This document shows, in pieces, positions 10,007-19,899 of a DNA stretch of 64,000 bases; position 1 is the first letter of the stretch, and the number at the start of each line of letters is the position of its first letter. Under the pieces are notes generated by a model. That model did no database searches. It was not told the origin of the DNA and saw nothing but the letters and a program-made list of their open reading frames with translations. The translations under genes were made by a program, and so were the position numbers. Origin of the DNA: Eubacterium sp. (GTDB taxonomy: Bacteria; Bacillota; Clostridia; Lachnospirales; Lachnospiraceae); NCBI GenBank assembly GCA_017434385.1, contig JAFRFJ010000040.1, forward strand, positions 9,252-73,251, given 5' to 3'.

Positions 10007-10872
10007 CTCTTTCCCTTTCTCAATACCCGGGCTGCTTTTTCCGGGTATTCCGCTCTGATGACCGAACGCACAAAGCTTCTGATCAGGCGGTTGATCCGGT
10101 CGGGCCGGTCGGTATTGGCATTGTGGCCTGCTCCCCTGATCCACCGGATAGGTATGCCGGATTCCCTGTGCCAGGCTTTATTATAGCGGATACAGGATCC
10201 CGCATGGTCCCTGGTCCCGCAGATCAGCAGGGCGGGGCAGGGAATCCGGTAGGGCAGGTCTGCTTCGACGGCCTCTGCCAGAATCTTAAAGCCGTGACCT
10301 GAAAGTCTGGCATATCTTTCCTGATTGCCGTCATAGGTCATCATCATGCTGTGCATCAGGCTTCTGCCGTATTCTGAAACCGCCACCCCATTACATCCCT
10401 GTTTTAAAAGGATTTTCCAGGGGTAATGTCTGTATACGGGTTCCATCCTCTTAAGAAGCCATAACTCAAGGCCGGTCATGTACTTCCTCTGCAGAGGGGC
10501 GGAGTCGATGGATATGAAGCCTTTCAGTTTGTCCGGATAGAGCTGGGCATACATTTGCCCCACATATCCGCCCATCGACTGTCCGATGATGACGGGGGAA
10601 CGGAAATCCTCCAGTTCGAGTATTTTATCCAGCCATTTTGCTTTATCTGCCAGACTGAAGTTCATCTCAAAAGGCCAGGAAGATGCGTGCCCGGGCGCAT
10701 CCCAGACAAGCAGACGGGCTTTCCCTTCAAAATAACTGATCTGCTTTTCAAAGAGTCTGTGGTCTGCTGTCAGACCCGGAAGGAAAACAAGTTCCGGAAG
10801 AATGTCTGATCCGGACCCGCTGACCAGGTAATGTATAGGGCCTTTTTCTGTTTGGTAAATCTTTTCTTTCAT
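10003..10872 (-). CDS. Alpha/beta hydrolase
   Basis: FLPGLTAD, WDAPGH, nucleophile elbow GQSMGG, GAGHNAN; start refined to MKEKIYQ after AAGGA. Confidence 0.88.
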   Translation of the reverse strand: MKEKIYQTEKGPIHYLVSGSGSDILPELVFLPGLTADHRLFEKQISYFEGKARLLVWDAPGHASSWPFEMNFSLADKAKWLDKILELEDFRSPVIIGQSMGGYVGQMYAQLYPDKLKGFISIDSAPLQRKYMTGLELWLLKRMEPVYRHYPWKILLKQGCNGVAVSEYGRSLMHSMMMTYDGNQERYARLSGHGFKILAEAVEADLPYRIPCPALLICGTRDHAGSCIRYNKAWHRESGIPIRWIRGAGHNANTDRPDRINRLIRSFVRSVIRAEYPEKAARVLRKGKR

Positions 10873-11213
10873 TCTATCCTTTTTCTGATCAACACTACAT
10901 GTTCTTTTATGAATTATAAGTTGAAATACATAAAAAATCAATTTGAAGATAACTTTGCTGTTGAAGCTTATATCCCCGGTGGCAATCTTAATAAGACCTG
11001 CGACCCCAATGAACGAGTCAGAAGAAGTGATCTTCGTATTGACGATTATATGTTCGCACGATATCCCAGAATTGATGAAAATGAGTATTTCGGCTAAAGA
11101 ATGATTCAATGAAAACAGAATTAAATGAAAAAGGAAAGGCAGCGGAACCATGATTTTCCAGATAAAATCAGCTCCGATGCCTTATTTTTTTATCCTTTTA
11201 TTGATTTCATCTT

Positions 11214-12308
11214 TTAATGGTCTGATTTGAGGCCTGCCCCGCACATGGTAATCAGGCAATCCGGCGTCTCTCCGTATTGCTCGCAGTAATTCAGGTAAGC
11301 CTCATAGTTTGCCGCTGTAGTATGTTCGCAGTAGACTCCGCCGGCAGCCAGTTTTGCGCGTGCCCGGAGGATCCTGTCCTCCCGGGCGTGGATAAATCTG
11401 ACATCATATTTACGGGCATACTTCAGTATCTCTCCTGCCCTCATGGGTTTCCCGATGGCAATTCCTTCCGCAATGGTCGGGCCGGCATTAACTCTGGCAT
11501 ATGTATCCAGTCCCTCTTCTGCCGCCCTGAGAAGCGGATCGCAGGCTTCAGGCTGAAGGGCAATGATCTGAGGAACATGATCGATGATTCCCGCTTCCAG
11601 AAATTCATCCAGAGCATGCATAACTCCCAGAAAGAGAGTTCCGTTTCCAACCGGTATGATCATATTCCGGGGCAGTCTGCCAAGCTGCTCGTATACTTCG
11701 TAGAGGTAGGTCTTGGTCCCCTCGTAGAAAAAGGGATTATAGACATGATTGGCATAATAAATGCCCTCTTTTTCAACTTTATCACGGCAGACTTCGGCGC
11801 AGTGGTCACGGCTTCCGGGAACGACCGTGCATTTTGCCCCGTGTGCCCGTATCATATTGATCTTTTTGGGGCTGGTTCCCTCGGGCACAAAGATTTCACA
11901 CTCTATGCCTGCTTTTGCGCCATATGCGGCGACAGAATTGCCGGCGTTTCCGCTGCTGTCCTGCACGACCTTATCCACCCCGATCGACTTACAGTGGCTC
12001 ATCAGCACTGCTGCTCCCCTGTCCTTGAAGGATAGGGTGGGCATGAAGTAATCCATCTTCAGCATCACTTTATCGTCAAATCTTACTATGGGTGTCATTC
12101 CCTCGCCGAGTGTAACAGTCCTCCATGAATCATCCCCAAGAGCCATGAATTTCCTGTATCTGAACATGCTCCATTCACTTTTGTCCACGTCTTTCAGATT
12201 GAAGCGGGGAGGTTTAAAATCCAGTTTCCACAGACCGCCGCATTCACATCCTGCCCTTTCTGTTCTTACCGGTTCTTTCTTCCCGCATTTACTGCATATA
12301 AAGTCCAT
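11214..12308 (-). CDS. Threonine synthase-like PLP-dependent enzyme
   Basis: N-terminal CxxC..CxC, TLGEGMTP, PTLSFKDRG (PLP lysine), DSSGNAG, PVGNGTLF, TIAEGIAI. Confidence 0.85.
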   Translation of the reverse strand: MDFICSKCGKKEPVRTERAGCECGGLWKLDFKPPRFNLKDVDKSEWSMFRYRKFMALGDDSWRTVTLGEGMTPIVRFDDKVMLKMDYFMPTLSFKDRGAAVLMSHCKSIGVDKVVQDSSGNAGNSVAAYGAKAGIECEIFVPEGTSPKKINMIRAHGAKCTVVPGSRDHCAEVCRDKVEKEGIYYANHVYNPFFYEGTKTYLYEVYEQLGRLPRNMIIPVGNGTLFLGVMHALDEFLEAGIIDHVPQIIALQPEACDPLLRAAEEGLDTYARVNAGPTIAEGIAIGKPMRAGEILKYARKYDVRFIHAREDRILRARAKLAAGGVYCEHTTAANYEAYLNYCEQYGETPDCLITMCGAGLKSDH

Positions 12309-12330
12309 TCTTACTCCTGATTAATAAATA

Positions 12331-12966
12331 CTACTGAAAGAGCCTGGCTCCCAGTTCAAATGCTTTCCTGCATTCCTCGGGAAAGACTGTTTCGTGTCTT
12401 CTTTTCTTTGCTTCCGGATCAAAGAGGGTCCATTCCCAGTCTGTCCTGCCGTAATCTTTAAGCTGCAGGGTGTCGCCGCTTATAAAGACCTCTGTCGGCC
12501 CTACAAAGCGGTTCAGAGTCTCCTGATAATTTTTCAGAAGCCCCTGGTACATAGTGTCCGGCGCATTGCTGGTCATGACAAGGAGCACCGGGATCGGGCG
12601 CTCATTACAGCAGGGATTTTCCAGATTGTAGGTCAGATTCTGGAAGATCAGGCGCTCATACAGGGCCCGGAAAGATGATGTCAGCTCGCTGAGATAATTA
12701 GGCGACCCGATGATCAGTCCGTCCGATTCTCTGATGGCATCCAGAACCGGTGTCAGACCGTCCCTGCATATGCAGTGCCCTTTAAACTTTTCCTTTTTGC
12801 ACCCGAAACAGGATATACAGCCTGTGAACTTTTCAAGGCGGAACAGATCAAAACGCTCCAGCTCTGCGCCTGCGGACTGAGCTCCTTTTGATGCCTCTGT
12901 GATAATGGTGTCCGTATTCCATCCCTTTCTGGGACCGGCATTTACCACCACTATTTTCTTACTCAT
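12331..12966 (-). CDS. Flavodoxin family / iron-sulfur flavoprotein (NADPH-dependent FMN reductase-like)
   Basis: NAGPRKGWNT, GCISCFGC...C, IIGSPNY, ERL; start refined to MSKKIV. Confidence 0.88.
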   Translation of the reverse strand: MSKKIVVVNAGPRKGWNTDTIITEASKGAQSAGAELERFDLFRLEKFTGCISCFGCKKEKFKGHCICRDGLTPVLDAIRESDGLIIGSPNYLSELTSSFRALYERLIFQNLTYNLENPCCNERPIPVLLVMTSNAPDTMYQGLLKNYQETLNRFVGPTEVFISGDTLQLKDYGRTDWEWTLFDPEAKKRRHETVFPEECRKAFELGARLFQ

Positions 12967-13032
12967 CTTCTTAAATACCTCCCAAAACAAACAATACAAT
13001 TTCACTTAAACAAAGAGTTCCCTAAAAAATTT

Positions 13033-14253
13033 TCAGCTGTCTTTCAGCACCGTATATACAAGTTCCCGTATGTTTTCCTGTGCCCTGTCCAGTTCTTCTT
13101 CTGAGGAAAAAGCAAAAACCGCCATGCCGACCGGACGGTTATCGGCGTGAATATCCTCGATATATGTTCCCGGCTCTCCTCCCGGAAAAGCCCGGAATAC
13201 CAGAAGATTATCTCTGATGGAAGGATCAATATACAGATGATCAAAGATCCCCGCCGCAAAACTGAAAACGGCATAGGACAGCAGAAAACGTTTTTGCCTC
13301 CGGAAACTTTTCAGTTCTTCATAGTAGGACATATCCCCTACTGCAGTAGTTACAAGCAGTTTTGTATAATCCACCCCGCAGAATAGCTGCACATCCTGCT
13401 GGGCATAATAACCGGCCGGCCGCGGATTGATCTCAATAATAAAGAATCTGCCTTCTTCCGTGAAAAACCCTTCCACGTCAAATTCGCCGATCCGGGCTCC
13501 CGATGCCGACAGGACCTTTTTAACGGCGGACTTGAACTCCGCTTCCTGACTGTCGTCAAGATCCACAGGATAGGAGGTCAGTACCGGACGAAGCGGCGCT
13601 TCCGGAAAGCGCCAGCACCGGCAGAGACCGTCCCAGAGGATATCATCCCCCACAAGAAATATCTCCGCCTCCAGAGCCTGCAGGGAATCGTGCTCGATAA
13701 ATTCCTCCACGCATACCATTCCATTCCTGGAGTAGGCTGTCGCTTTTTCAAATGCGGGAATTAATTCTCCCTCCTTATAGATCTTTGTCTGGCCAAATGA
13801 GGAGGAGCAAAGGACCGGCTTCACAATAAGCGGATAATGAAATCCTGCACATTTTTCCGCCAGTCCGTCCGGCCTGTCGGTTTCATAGTATTCCGGGCAG
13901 AAAACTCCGATATCCTTCTGCAGTTTTCGGAAGCTGCCTTTTTCCAGGAGGCGTTTCACACACTCCGGACTGTTTCCGGGCAATCCCAGTTCCTCCGCAA
14001 TGATTGCCGCCGACAGGGCACTTTTATCCCAGACACCCAGCACGCCGTCAATTTCTTCTTTTTTCGCAATTTCAAGCAGCCTTTCCGTATCATTGCCATC
14101 CGCTTTATATGCCCGGTCGGCATGTGCCGCGGCCGGGTCATCCTCTTCTCTGACACATGCGACGGTTTCCATTCCAAGCTCCCCGGCAGTCTCAACTCCT
14201 GTGAGAAGGCGTCCGTCCAGGGATGAGGATATGATCATGATTTTTTTACGCAT
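13033..14253 (-). CDS. ATP-grasp domain ligase
   Basis: YPLIVKPVLCSSSFGQ, VEEFIE, FIIEINPRPAG; start refined to MRKKIMI. Confidence 0.88.
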   Translation of the reverse strand: MRKKIMIISSSLDGRLLTGVETAGELGMETVACVREEDDPAAAHADRAYKADGNDTERLLEIAKKEEIDGVLGVWDKSALSAAIIAEELGLPGNSPECVKRLLEKGSFRKLQKDIGVFCPEYYETDRPDGLAEKCAGFHYPLIVKPVLCSSSFGQTKIYKEGELIPAFEKATAYSRNGMVCVEEFIEHDSLQALEAEIFLVGDDILWDGLCRCWRFPEAPLRPVLTSYPVDLDDSQEAEFKSAVKKVLSASGARIGEFDVEGFFTEEGRFFIIEINPRPAGYYAQQDVQLFCGVDYTKLLVTTAVGDMSYYEELKSFRRQKRFLLSYAVFSFAAGIFDHLYIDPSIRDNLLVFRAFPGGEPGTYIEDIHADNRPVGMAVFAFSSEEELDRAQENIRELVYTVLKDS

Positions 14254-14686
14254 CGAAATTCTCCTGCTCTGAAATATGTGTTCCAAATGCTTTTTCTTTT
14301 ATTGCAGATGAGCAGATTCCCGGGGTTCTTTTCAGCCGGATGACTGATTTGCCATGGTCGTGACACCACTTTTCTATTACATCGAAGCGCCCGCCCGTAT
14401 GGTATTCCCCAAGCGCAAGTATGTCGAAATCCCTCTTCTCCATTGTGGCGGGACAGAGTGTGTCGTATACAAAGGCCTCATCCACAAGGCGCAGAGCCTT
14501 TACCATCTCCAGACGTTCTTCTGTAGTATAGAGAACATCCTGATCAGGCTTAAACTGCGCCACATAGTCGCCGTCCTGTACACCCACGATCAGGTAGTCC
14601 CCGTATTCCCTGCACTTTTTGAACAGTTTCAGGTGGCCGATATGAAAATAATCAAAAACACCGAATGTCAGAATCTTTTTCATCAA
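14246..14686 (-). CDS. Cytidylyltransferase family protein (TagD-like)
   Basis: TFGVFDYFHIGH (HxGH), YLIVGV, RTPGICSSAIK. Confidence 0.9.
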   Translation of the reverse strand: MMKKILTFGVFDYFHIGHLKLFKKCREYGDYLIVGVQDGDYVAQFKPDQDVLYTTEERLEMVKALRLVDEAFVYDTLCPATMEKRDFDILALGEYHTGGRFDVIEKWCHDHGKSVIRLKRTPGICSSAIKEKAFGTHISEQENFDA

Positions 14687-15396
14687 TTATCCTCTTTATA
14701 ATATTCTTTGCTGAGCCCGGTAAGTGTTATGTAAACCGGATCATAAACCGCGACATCGGAACATAGATCCCGATACATCTCATACAGAACCGGCAGTTCC
14801 GTACAGCCCAGTATGCATACCTTGTCTCTGTGTGTCAATTCCAAAAACGCGGAGCGGACGTCATCAGTACAGCGATTGTTTTTTACAGCTTCAATGCAGG
14901 TCCGCAATAGGGAGTATTCCTCCTTCCCGGGCGCCCTGCAGCTGATTCCCCGCTCCTTTAATGTTTCCTGATAAATCCCTGATTCTATGGTTCCCTCGGA
15001 TGCAAGAAGATATGCATCGGTCACTTTATTTTTACGCAGTGCATCTGCGCAGATCTCTATTATGTTTATTATCTTTCCCTCAGCTTCAGGAAGCCTGCTT
15101 AAGACATCAGGAAGAAAAAGATGGGCTGTATTACATCCCACGATAATCCTTTTGCAGCCGCTCCTTAAAAGACTGCTGACTGAATCTGACATTTCGGCGA
15201 TCAGTTTTTCCCTCTTCTCTCCGTAGAGTGCGGCCCGGACACGGCTTGGCATATTGCAGCGATTGTCAATGATGATCCTGGGGCGGTCCCATTCCTTCTC
15301 AGCTGAAAAAATTTCCGCATACTGCCTGAATAAATGTATGGTCGCATAGGTCCCCATACCTCCCAGGACACCGATTATATACTCTTCACGATTCAT
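14683..15396 (-). CDS. Aspartate/glutamate racemase family protein
   Basis: IGVLGGMG, both catalytic cysteines present (GCNTAH, LGCTELP). Confidence 0.92.
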   Translation of the reverse strand: MNREEYIIGVLGGMGTYATIHLFRQYAEIFSAEKEWDRPRIIIDNRCNMPSRVRAALYGEKREKLIAEMSDSVSSLLRSGCKRIIVGCNTAHLFLPDVLSRLPEAEGKIINIIEICADALRKNKVTDAYLLASEGTIESGIYQETLKERGISCRAPGKEEYSLLRTCIEAVKNNRCTDDVRSAFLELTHRDKVCILGCTELPVLYEMYRDLCSDVAVYDPVYITLTGLSKEYYKEDN

Positions 15397-16684
15397 CGTT
15401 TTTTACCTCTAATATATCCATCTCCTCGAGAATCTTTTGGGCTACATGGGGGAAATTAATGGCGATATTGTCCCGGACCCAGTCATCCATGTCATGATTT
15501 TCAGGATAAAGACCACCGGCAATATCCATGATAAAACCGATTATATCTTCGCCACTTCGGGCAATCCTGTACCTTTTGACCGCCTCGATCATCTGGCTTG
15601 TCAGATGCTCATTCCTGAGGTTTTCGTTGAGGACAAAGCAGCCCGGTTTTCCCGTGAACAGCCACTCCATGGTAAAGGAACCGCAGTCATTGATGATGGC
15701 GTCACACTCTGCAAAAAGATGCAGGTATTCCCCGCCGTCGGAATACTCTATCCCGGCTTTTTCCAGATCCTCCAGATAGTCTTCCACCTGTTCTTCGGTC
15801 CAGATTTTATCATTGATCATTCTGATGAACAACAGGGGATGCGGACGGAATACAAAATCAATCTCCGGAAACATTTCCGGCAGCTTAGGGAGCAGTTTAT
15901 AGTAGGACTTGAAATTGGATAAGGGCAGTTCCTCCATTTTTACGGAGTGGTGAGAGGTAATAAGGATCTTTTTCCTCTTGCCTTTCTTCCTTTCCTTCCC
16001 GAACAGGTATCCGGCAAGGGCGTCCATCTTTGCATAGCCGGTGAGGACCACATTTTTTCCCCGGACAAGCTGCAGCTTTCTGCAGTCCTCCTGTGAGTAA
16101 ACAGTCTCCGTGAAATATTTCCACACCAGATTCAGCTCCGGTCCTTTCATTCTGGAATACATGGTATAATATCCGACGTCATACCCGTAATTCACATAGA
16201 CCGGCAGGACATCCCTTGTTACAGCGTACTGTATGGAATGAATTTCGGGTGCCATATCGTCATAAGGATCCGCAAAATAAATAATATCAAACCGGTCAGT
16301 AACATCTATGAAACGGTCTGTCCGGATATCCCAGCCATCCATCACCCTGTCGGGTCCGTAAAGCTTTACAAAATACTCCCTGGCCCGGATATAGGTCTCT
16401 TTCTGATGCGGATATCCTCTGGATACATCAGGAATCACCACCAGCTTCGGGTCCCAGCGATTCGGCCGGTCCAGCATAAGGCGGAAGACATCATGCATTC
16501 CGTACATGGCATTGTTAGACACATAGGCCGCAAAGCGGATCACAGAATCTCCCGATCTTCTTTTTTTCTCTATCACATCCCGGTAATGAGCCGGCAGACT
16601 TTCTGCCTGCTGCCTGATCTGTTCCCATCTTTCCGGGTCCCGGATCCGGTTCCGCCGGATTTCCTCTAAAACTTTATCTGTCAT
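15386..16684 (-). CDS. CDP-glycerol glycerophosphotransferase family protein (TagF-like)
   Basis: TGYAKMD, FRPHP, DAIINDCGSFTMEWLFTGKP, C-terminal I.E.I pattern typical of this GT-B-like family. Confidence 0.78.
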   Translation of the reverse strand: MTDKVLEEIRRNRIRDPERWEQIRQQAESLPAHYRDVIEKKRRSGDSVIRFAAYVSNNAMYGMHDVFRLMLDRPNRWDPKLVVIPDVSRGYPHQKETYIRAREYFVKLYGPDRVMDGWDIRTDRFIDVTDRFDIIYFADPYDDMAPEIHSIQYAVTRDVLPVYVNYGYDVGYYTMYSRMKGPELNLVWKYFTETVYSQEDCRKLQLVRGKNVVLTGYAKMDALAGYLFGKERKKGKRKKILITSHHSVKMEELPLSNFKSYYKLLPKLPEMFPEIDFVFRPHPLLFIRMINDKIWTEEQVEDYLEDLEKAGIEYSDGGEYLHLFAECDAIINDCGSFTMEWLFTGKPGCFVLNENLRNEHLTSQMIEAVKRYRIARSGEDIIGFIMDIAGGLYPENHDMDDWVRDNIAINFPHVAQKILEEMDILEVKNDES

Positions 16685-16690
16685 CTGTAT

Positions 16691-18352
16691 TTACCCTGCA
16701 TGCTCCCTGTTTATGATGGTAAAGCAGCATATCCGGCTGATCCCGGAGAACTGTACAAGGAAGTGTTCCTCAGAATAAGGATTCCAGACCACGCCTCCGT
16801 CATCATCCATATACATAACCGGCAGCCAGCGGGCCGGCTCTCCGGAATCTGCAGCTGCCCGTATCATGCAAGGATGACCTTCATAAAACAGTCTTTTCAA
16901 AGTATCTTCATCATAATCATAATAACCTTCAAACTCAATTTCGCCGTTTGCCTTGTTTATTTCCTCCACGGAGGATATCTTTTCCGCCAGCCTTTTCGGC
17001 GTATAGAAAAGATCCTGTTCAAGGCCGTAATGCAGTAAGAGAGCCGCCGCTGCCACAATCACATCGTCCACTGAATCTGTCTCTGCCTGTTTCCATTTCA
17101 GATAACTCCTGTTACCGTTTACCCGTATCAGGTTTCTGCGGATAATAAAATATCCGGTTACAAAAATGATGCTGACTATAAGGAGCATGATCATAACACT
17201 GTCCATACCGCTTAAATGCAGCAGTACGGTGGAGGCAATCGAAAATAATGCCGTACATATATCAGCTCCGGTAGACTGAACGTAAAGAACATCCACCATC
17301 CTTTCATCATTCAGCCGGTTCAGCATGAAGTTGTAAATATTGAAACGGAAAGGATCAAAAACCAGTATTCGCATCATGAATGCGGCAACTGCCAGCCCAA
17401 TCGCATAGTATCCGGTTTCCCATCTGCTGGACAATCCCAGAACCGAGATCAGGACAACCCCGATCACCACAAAGAAAAAGTTTCTCCCCTGACCGGCCCT
17501 TTTGCTGCGGCTGGCAAAGAGCAGCAGATTGCTGACGATTTTAATAAGTCTGCTTGCCAGAAGAATCATGGAGAAAAGCAGAACCGTCCTGCCCTCATCT
17601 GCCACTGTGGAAAGAGTATCCTGAATCAGAATTTTCAGGTTGTCCCCTGATACAGTAAAAATCCCCATAAAAAGAATGGACAGAAAGAGACAGCTGATCG
17701 TCGTCCTGTCAAAGCGGTGCATTTTTGAACCCGGCAGCACTTCTCTCCTGCTTTCCCGGTCTTCTTCCGGGGCTTCCACATCATACCTGCTGACTAAAAA
17801 GGCAAGAAGACAGGAATTTATACAGAACCCGACACAAATATACATGGGCAGATTCTGATTGATTCCATAGAGTTTGCTCATAAATGCCGCAGCGATCAGG
17901 CTGATGACGGAATGAATTGTACCTGACATGGACATGATTCTCATATAATCAACATGATCAGGGTCTCTGGCTGCAGCCTTCTTGGCAATAACCGTCGCCA
18001 TTTCCTGAAAAGTCATTGCGATCAGGTAGATGCTCTGTCCGACAATCGCAACGGGCAGCGTCTTTCCAAAGGTCAGGAAAAGAGCTGCCGCAAGAAAGAG
18101 AACCGCGGAAAGCATGACACAGCGGCCTGCCCCAATCTTTTTCGCCATGTGGTTGCCGGGCATCTTCGCAGCCAGGGCCACCCAGAAAGACACGGAAAAA
18201 ACCAGCGAGATCTGTTTCATATTAAGCCCGTAATTCATGCTTAAAATGAGTACGTCAAACCAGCACCAGAACATCAGGTCATCCGATGTCGCCTGATAGA
18301 GGCTGAAAACCTTTTTATTAAATCTGTTATTCAGCAAAGTCTTGTCATCCAT
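16691..18352 (-). CDS. MFS transporter with C-terminal degenerate peptidase C39-like domain
   Basis: About 12 hydrophobic segments with MFS motif-A-like GNHMAKKIGAGR, then a ~140-aa soluble tail (AALLLHYG...TP..L...GHPCMI...RWLPV...VWNPY). Confidence 0.7.
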   Translation of the reverse strand: MDDKTLLNNRFNKKVFSLYQATSDDLMFWCWFDVLILSMNYGLNMKQISLVFSVSFWVALAAKMPGNHMAKKIGAGRCVMLSAVLFLAAALFLTFGKTLPVAIVGQSIYLIAMTFQEMATVIAKKAAARDPDHVDYMRIMSMSGTIHSVISLIAAAFMSKLYGINQNLPMYICVGFCINSCLLAFLVSRYDVEAPEEDRESRREVLPGSKMHRFDRTTISCLFLSILFMGIFTVSGDNLKILIQDTLSTVADEGRTVLLFSMILLASRLIKIVSNLLLFASRSKRAGQGRNFFFVVIGVVLISVLGLSSRWETGYYAIGLAVAAFMMRILVFDPFRFNIYNFMLNRLNDERMVDVLYVQSTGADICTALFSIASTVLLHLSGMDSVMIMLLIVSIIFVTGYFIIRRNLIRVNGNRSYLKWKQAETDSVDDVIVAAAALLLHYGLEQDLFYTPKRLAEKISSVEEINKANGEIEFEGYYDYDEDTLKRLFYEGHPCMIRAAADSGEPARWLPVMYMDDDGGVVWNPYSEEHFLVQFSGISRICCFTIINREHAG

Positions 18353-18354
18353 TA

Positions 18355-18990
18355 TTATTTCTCTCCGTGAAAGACAAAAATACTGGTCTTGTAATAAAAA
18401 TGTCCTTCTTCCTTAAAGCCTTTCCTCTTAAGAGAATCTCCACAGACCGGATTACAGTAGATGACTGTCAGTTTTCTCGGCCGCCGCTCCAGAGACGACA
18501 TGATCCGGTCTGTACATTTTTCCACAATCGCCTCATCAAAGGGATTATACAGGTAAAAAGTATCATAATTCTCATACATGGTAAAATCCACGGCATCAGC
18601 CTGATATACCTTTGCGGGCCGGGAAACTTTTCTTAAGTTTCTCTTTGCTATACGGCACAGTTTCCCGTTATATTCAATCCCTGATACCAGATCAAAGTCC
18701 AGACTGCTGAAAAAATACAGGATAAGGCCTTTGCCGCAACCTATATCCAGTACAGAATGGCCTTTGCCGCCATTCATATGTCTTTTGATATATCTCCTGA
18801 GAAGAGGGAAAGTAAATACCGAGGACGGATAATATGCAAACCGTCCTCCTCTGTCTCCTTTGAAATCAATCCCCCCGAACTCTGTCCCGTGCCGGATGTC
18901 GAAAAATTTCAGGGGAACAGCTGAGATATAGTAGGTTAATGTATAAAGCCAAATATAAATTTTTTTCAGAACAGCATTCAGTTTACTCAT
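18355..18990 (-). CDS. Class I SAM-dependent methyltransferase
   Basis: VLDIGCGKG motif I, GIEY, FYLYNPF. Confidence 0.88.
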   Translation of the reverse strand: MSKLNAVLKKIYIWLYTLTYYISAVPLKFFDIRHGTEFGGIDFKGDRGGRFAYYPSSVFTFPLLRRYIKRHMNGGKGHSVLDIGCGKGLILYFFSSLDFDLVSGIEYNGKLCRIAKRNLRKVSRPAKVYQADAVDFTMYENYDTFYLYNPFDEAIVEKCTDRIMSSLERRPRKLTVIYCNPVCGDSLKRKGFKEEGHFYYKTSIFVFHGEK

Positions 18991-19110
18991 AAATCAATCC
19001 CATACTGTAAAAAGGGCCTCCTGTAATTATTCTAACATAGAAAGTCCGTAAGTGATTCATCTGTTTAAAAATCCATTTGACAGAATATAAAAAATGTGTT
19101 ACTTTGTCTT

Positions 19111-19129
19111 TACCGACAACCTGTCGGTA
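19111..19129. promoter_or_regulatory. Palindromic operator (probable TetR site 1) next to a TATAAT box at 19131-19136
   Basis: TACCGACA-ACC-TGTCGGTA perfect 8-bp inverted repeat upstream of the TetR gene. Confidence 0.75.
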
Positions 19130-19153
19130 ATATAATCTGAGAGGCGTCATTTT

Positions 19154-19789
19154 ATGAGGATTGTAAAATCTGCCGAGGACAGGAAAAATGAAATACTGGA
19201 TGTGGCTGAGCAGCTCTTTGCGGAAAAAGGTTTCGATCATGCAAGCACCAATGACATCATCCGGAAGATCGGGATTGCCCGCGGTACCCTCTACCACCAT
19301 TTCGGATCAAAGGAAGACATCCTTGATGCCCTGGTGGAGAGGATGACCCGTGAATCCATAAGCAGGGCAAGGATGGTCGTATCAGATCAGACAATGCCTA
19401 TCCTTGAGCGGCTGTCAGCAGCGGTCATTTCCCTGAATATTGACAGCGGGGCAGGATCCGAGGTGCTGGAGCAGATCCACCGGCCTCAGAATGCACTGCT
19501 TCATCAGAAAATGCAGGAAAGGCTGATGGACGGAGTCGTTCCCATTATCACCGGGCTGATCGTAGAGGGAAATGAAAGCGGGATTTTTGATTCGGACTAT
19601 CCTGCCGAGGCTGCAGAGATGATCCTGACATACGCCAACACAGCTTTTGATACCCTTGCCCAGGCAGACCCGGAACAGACAGAAAGAAAAAGACATGCTT
19701 TTATCTTCCATACCGAAAGGATCCTGGGAGCAGAGGCCGGCAGCCTTGAACAGGCAATCATGAGAATCTTCAACAGACAGGCCGACTGA
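19154..19789 (+). CDS. TetR/AcrR family transcriptional regulator
   Basis: ILDVAEQLFAEKGFDHASTNDI...GIARGTLYHHFGSKEDI helix-turn-helix. Confidence 0.95.
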   Translation: MRIVKSAEDRKNEILDVAEQLFAEKGFDHASTNDIIRKIGIARGTLYHHFGSKEDILDALVERMTRESISRARMVVSDQTMPILERLSAAVISLNIDSGAGSEVLEQIHRPQNALLHQKMQERLMDGVVPIITGLIVEGNESGIFDSDYPAEAAEMILTYANTAFDTLAQADPEQTERKRHAFIFHTERILGAEAGSLEQAIMRIFNRQAD

Positions 19790-19867
19790 CAAAAGCAGCC
19801 AATACTTCAGAACAGGGAAAAAGGGACTTATCGTCACCACCGGTAAGTCCCATATATTAGAATTTCG

Positions 19868-19886
19868 TACCGACAATCTGTCGGTT
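19868..19886. promoter_or_regulatory. Palindromic operator (probable TetR site 2) upstream of the MFS/ABC genes
   Basis: TACCGACA-ATC-TGTCGGTT, differing at 2 of 19 positions from the site at 19111. Confidence 0.75.
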
Positions 19887-19899
19887 AAGGAGACGGCAA

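Noticed and set aside
10831-11151. Possible small gene in the AT-rich gap (plus-strand MNYKLKY...EYFG, or the 93-aa N-terminal extension of the hydrolase ORF)
   Set aside because: No convincing RBS or family motif in either frame; the hydrolase has a better internal start.
11214-12308. Assigning the symbol thrC
   Set aside because: Fold and PLP motifs fit the threonine synthase family, but no hom/thrB context; it may be a paralogue with another substrate.
16691-18352. Idea that the C39-like domain of the MFS fusion processes the two double-glycine peptides at 54527 and 56665
   Set aside because: Catalytic Cys/His appear absent, the transporter is not an ABC exporter, and the loci are about 37 kb apart.
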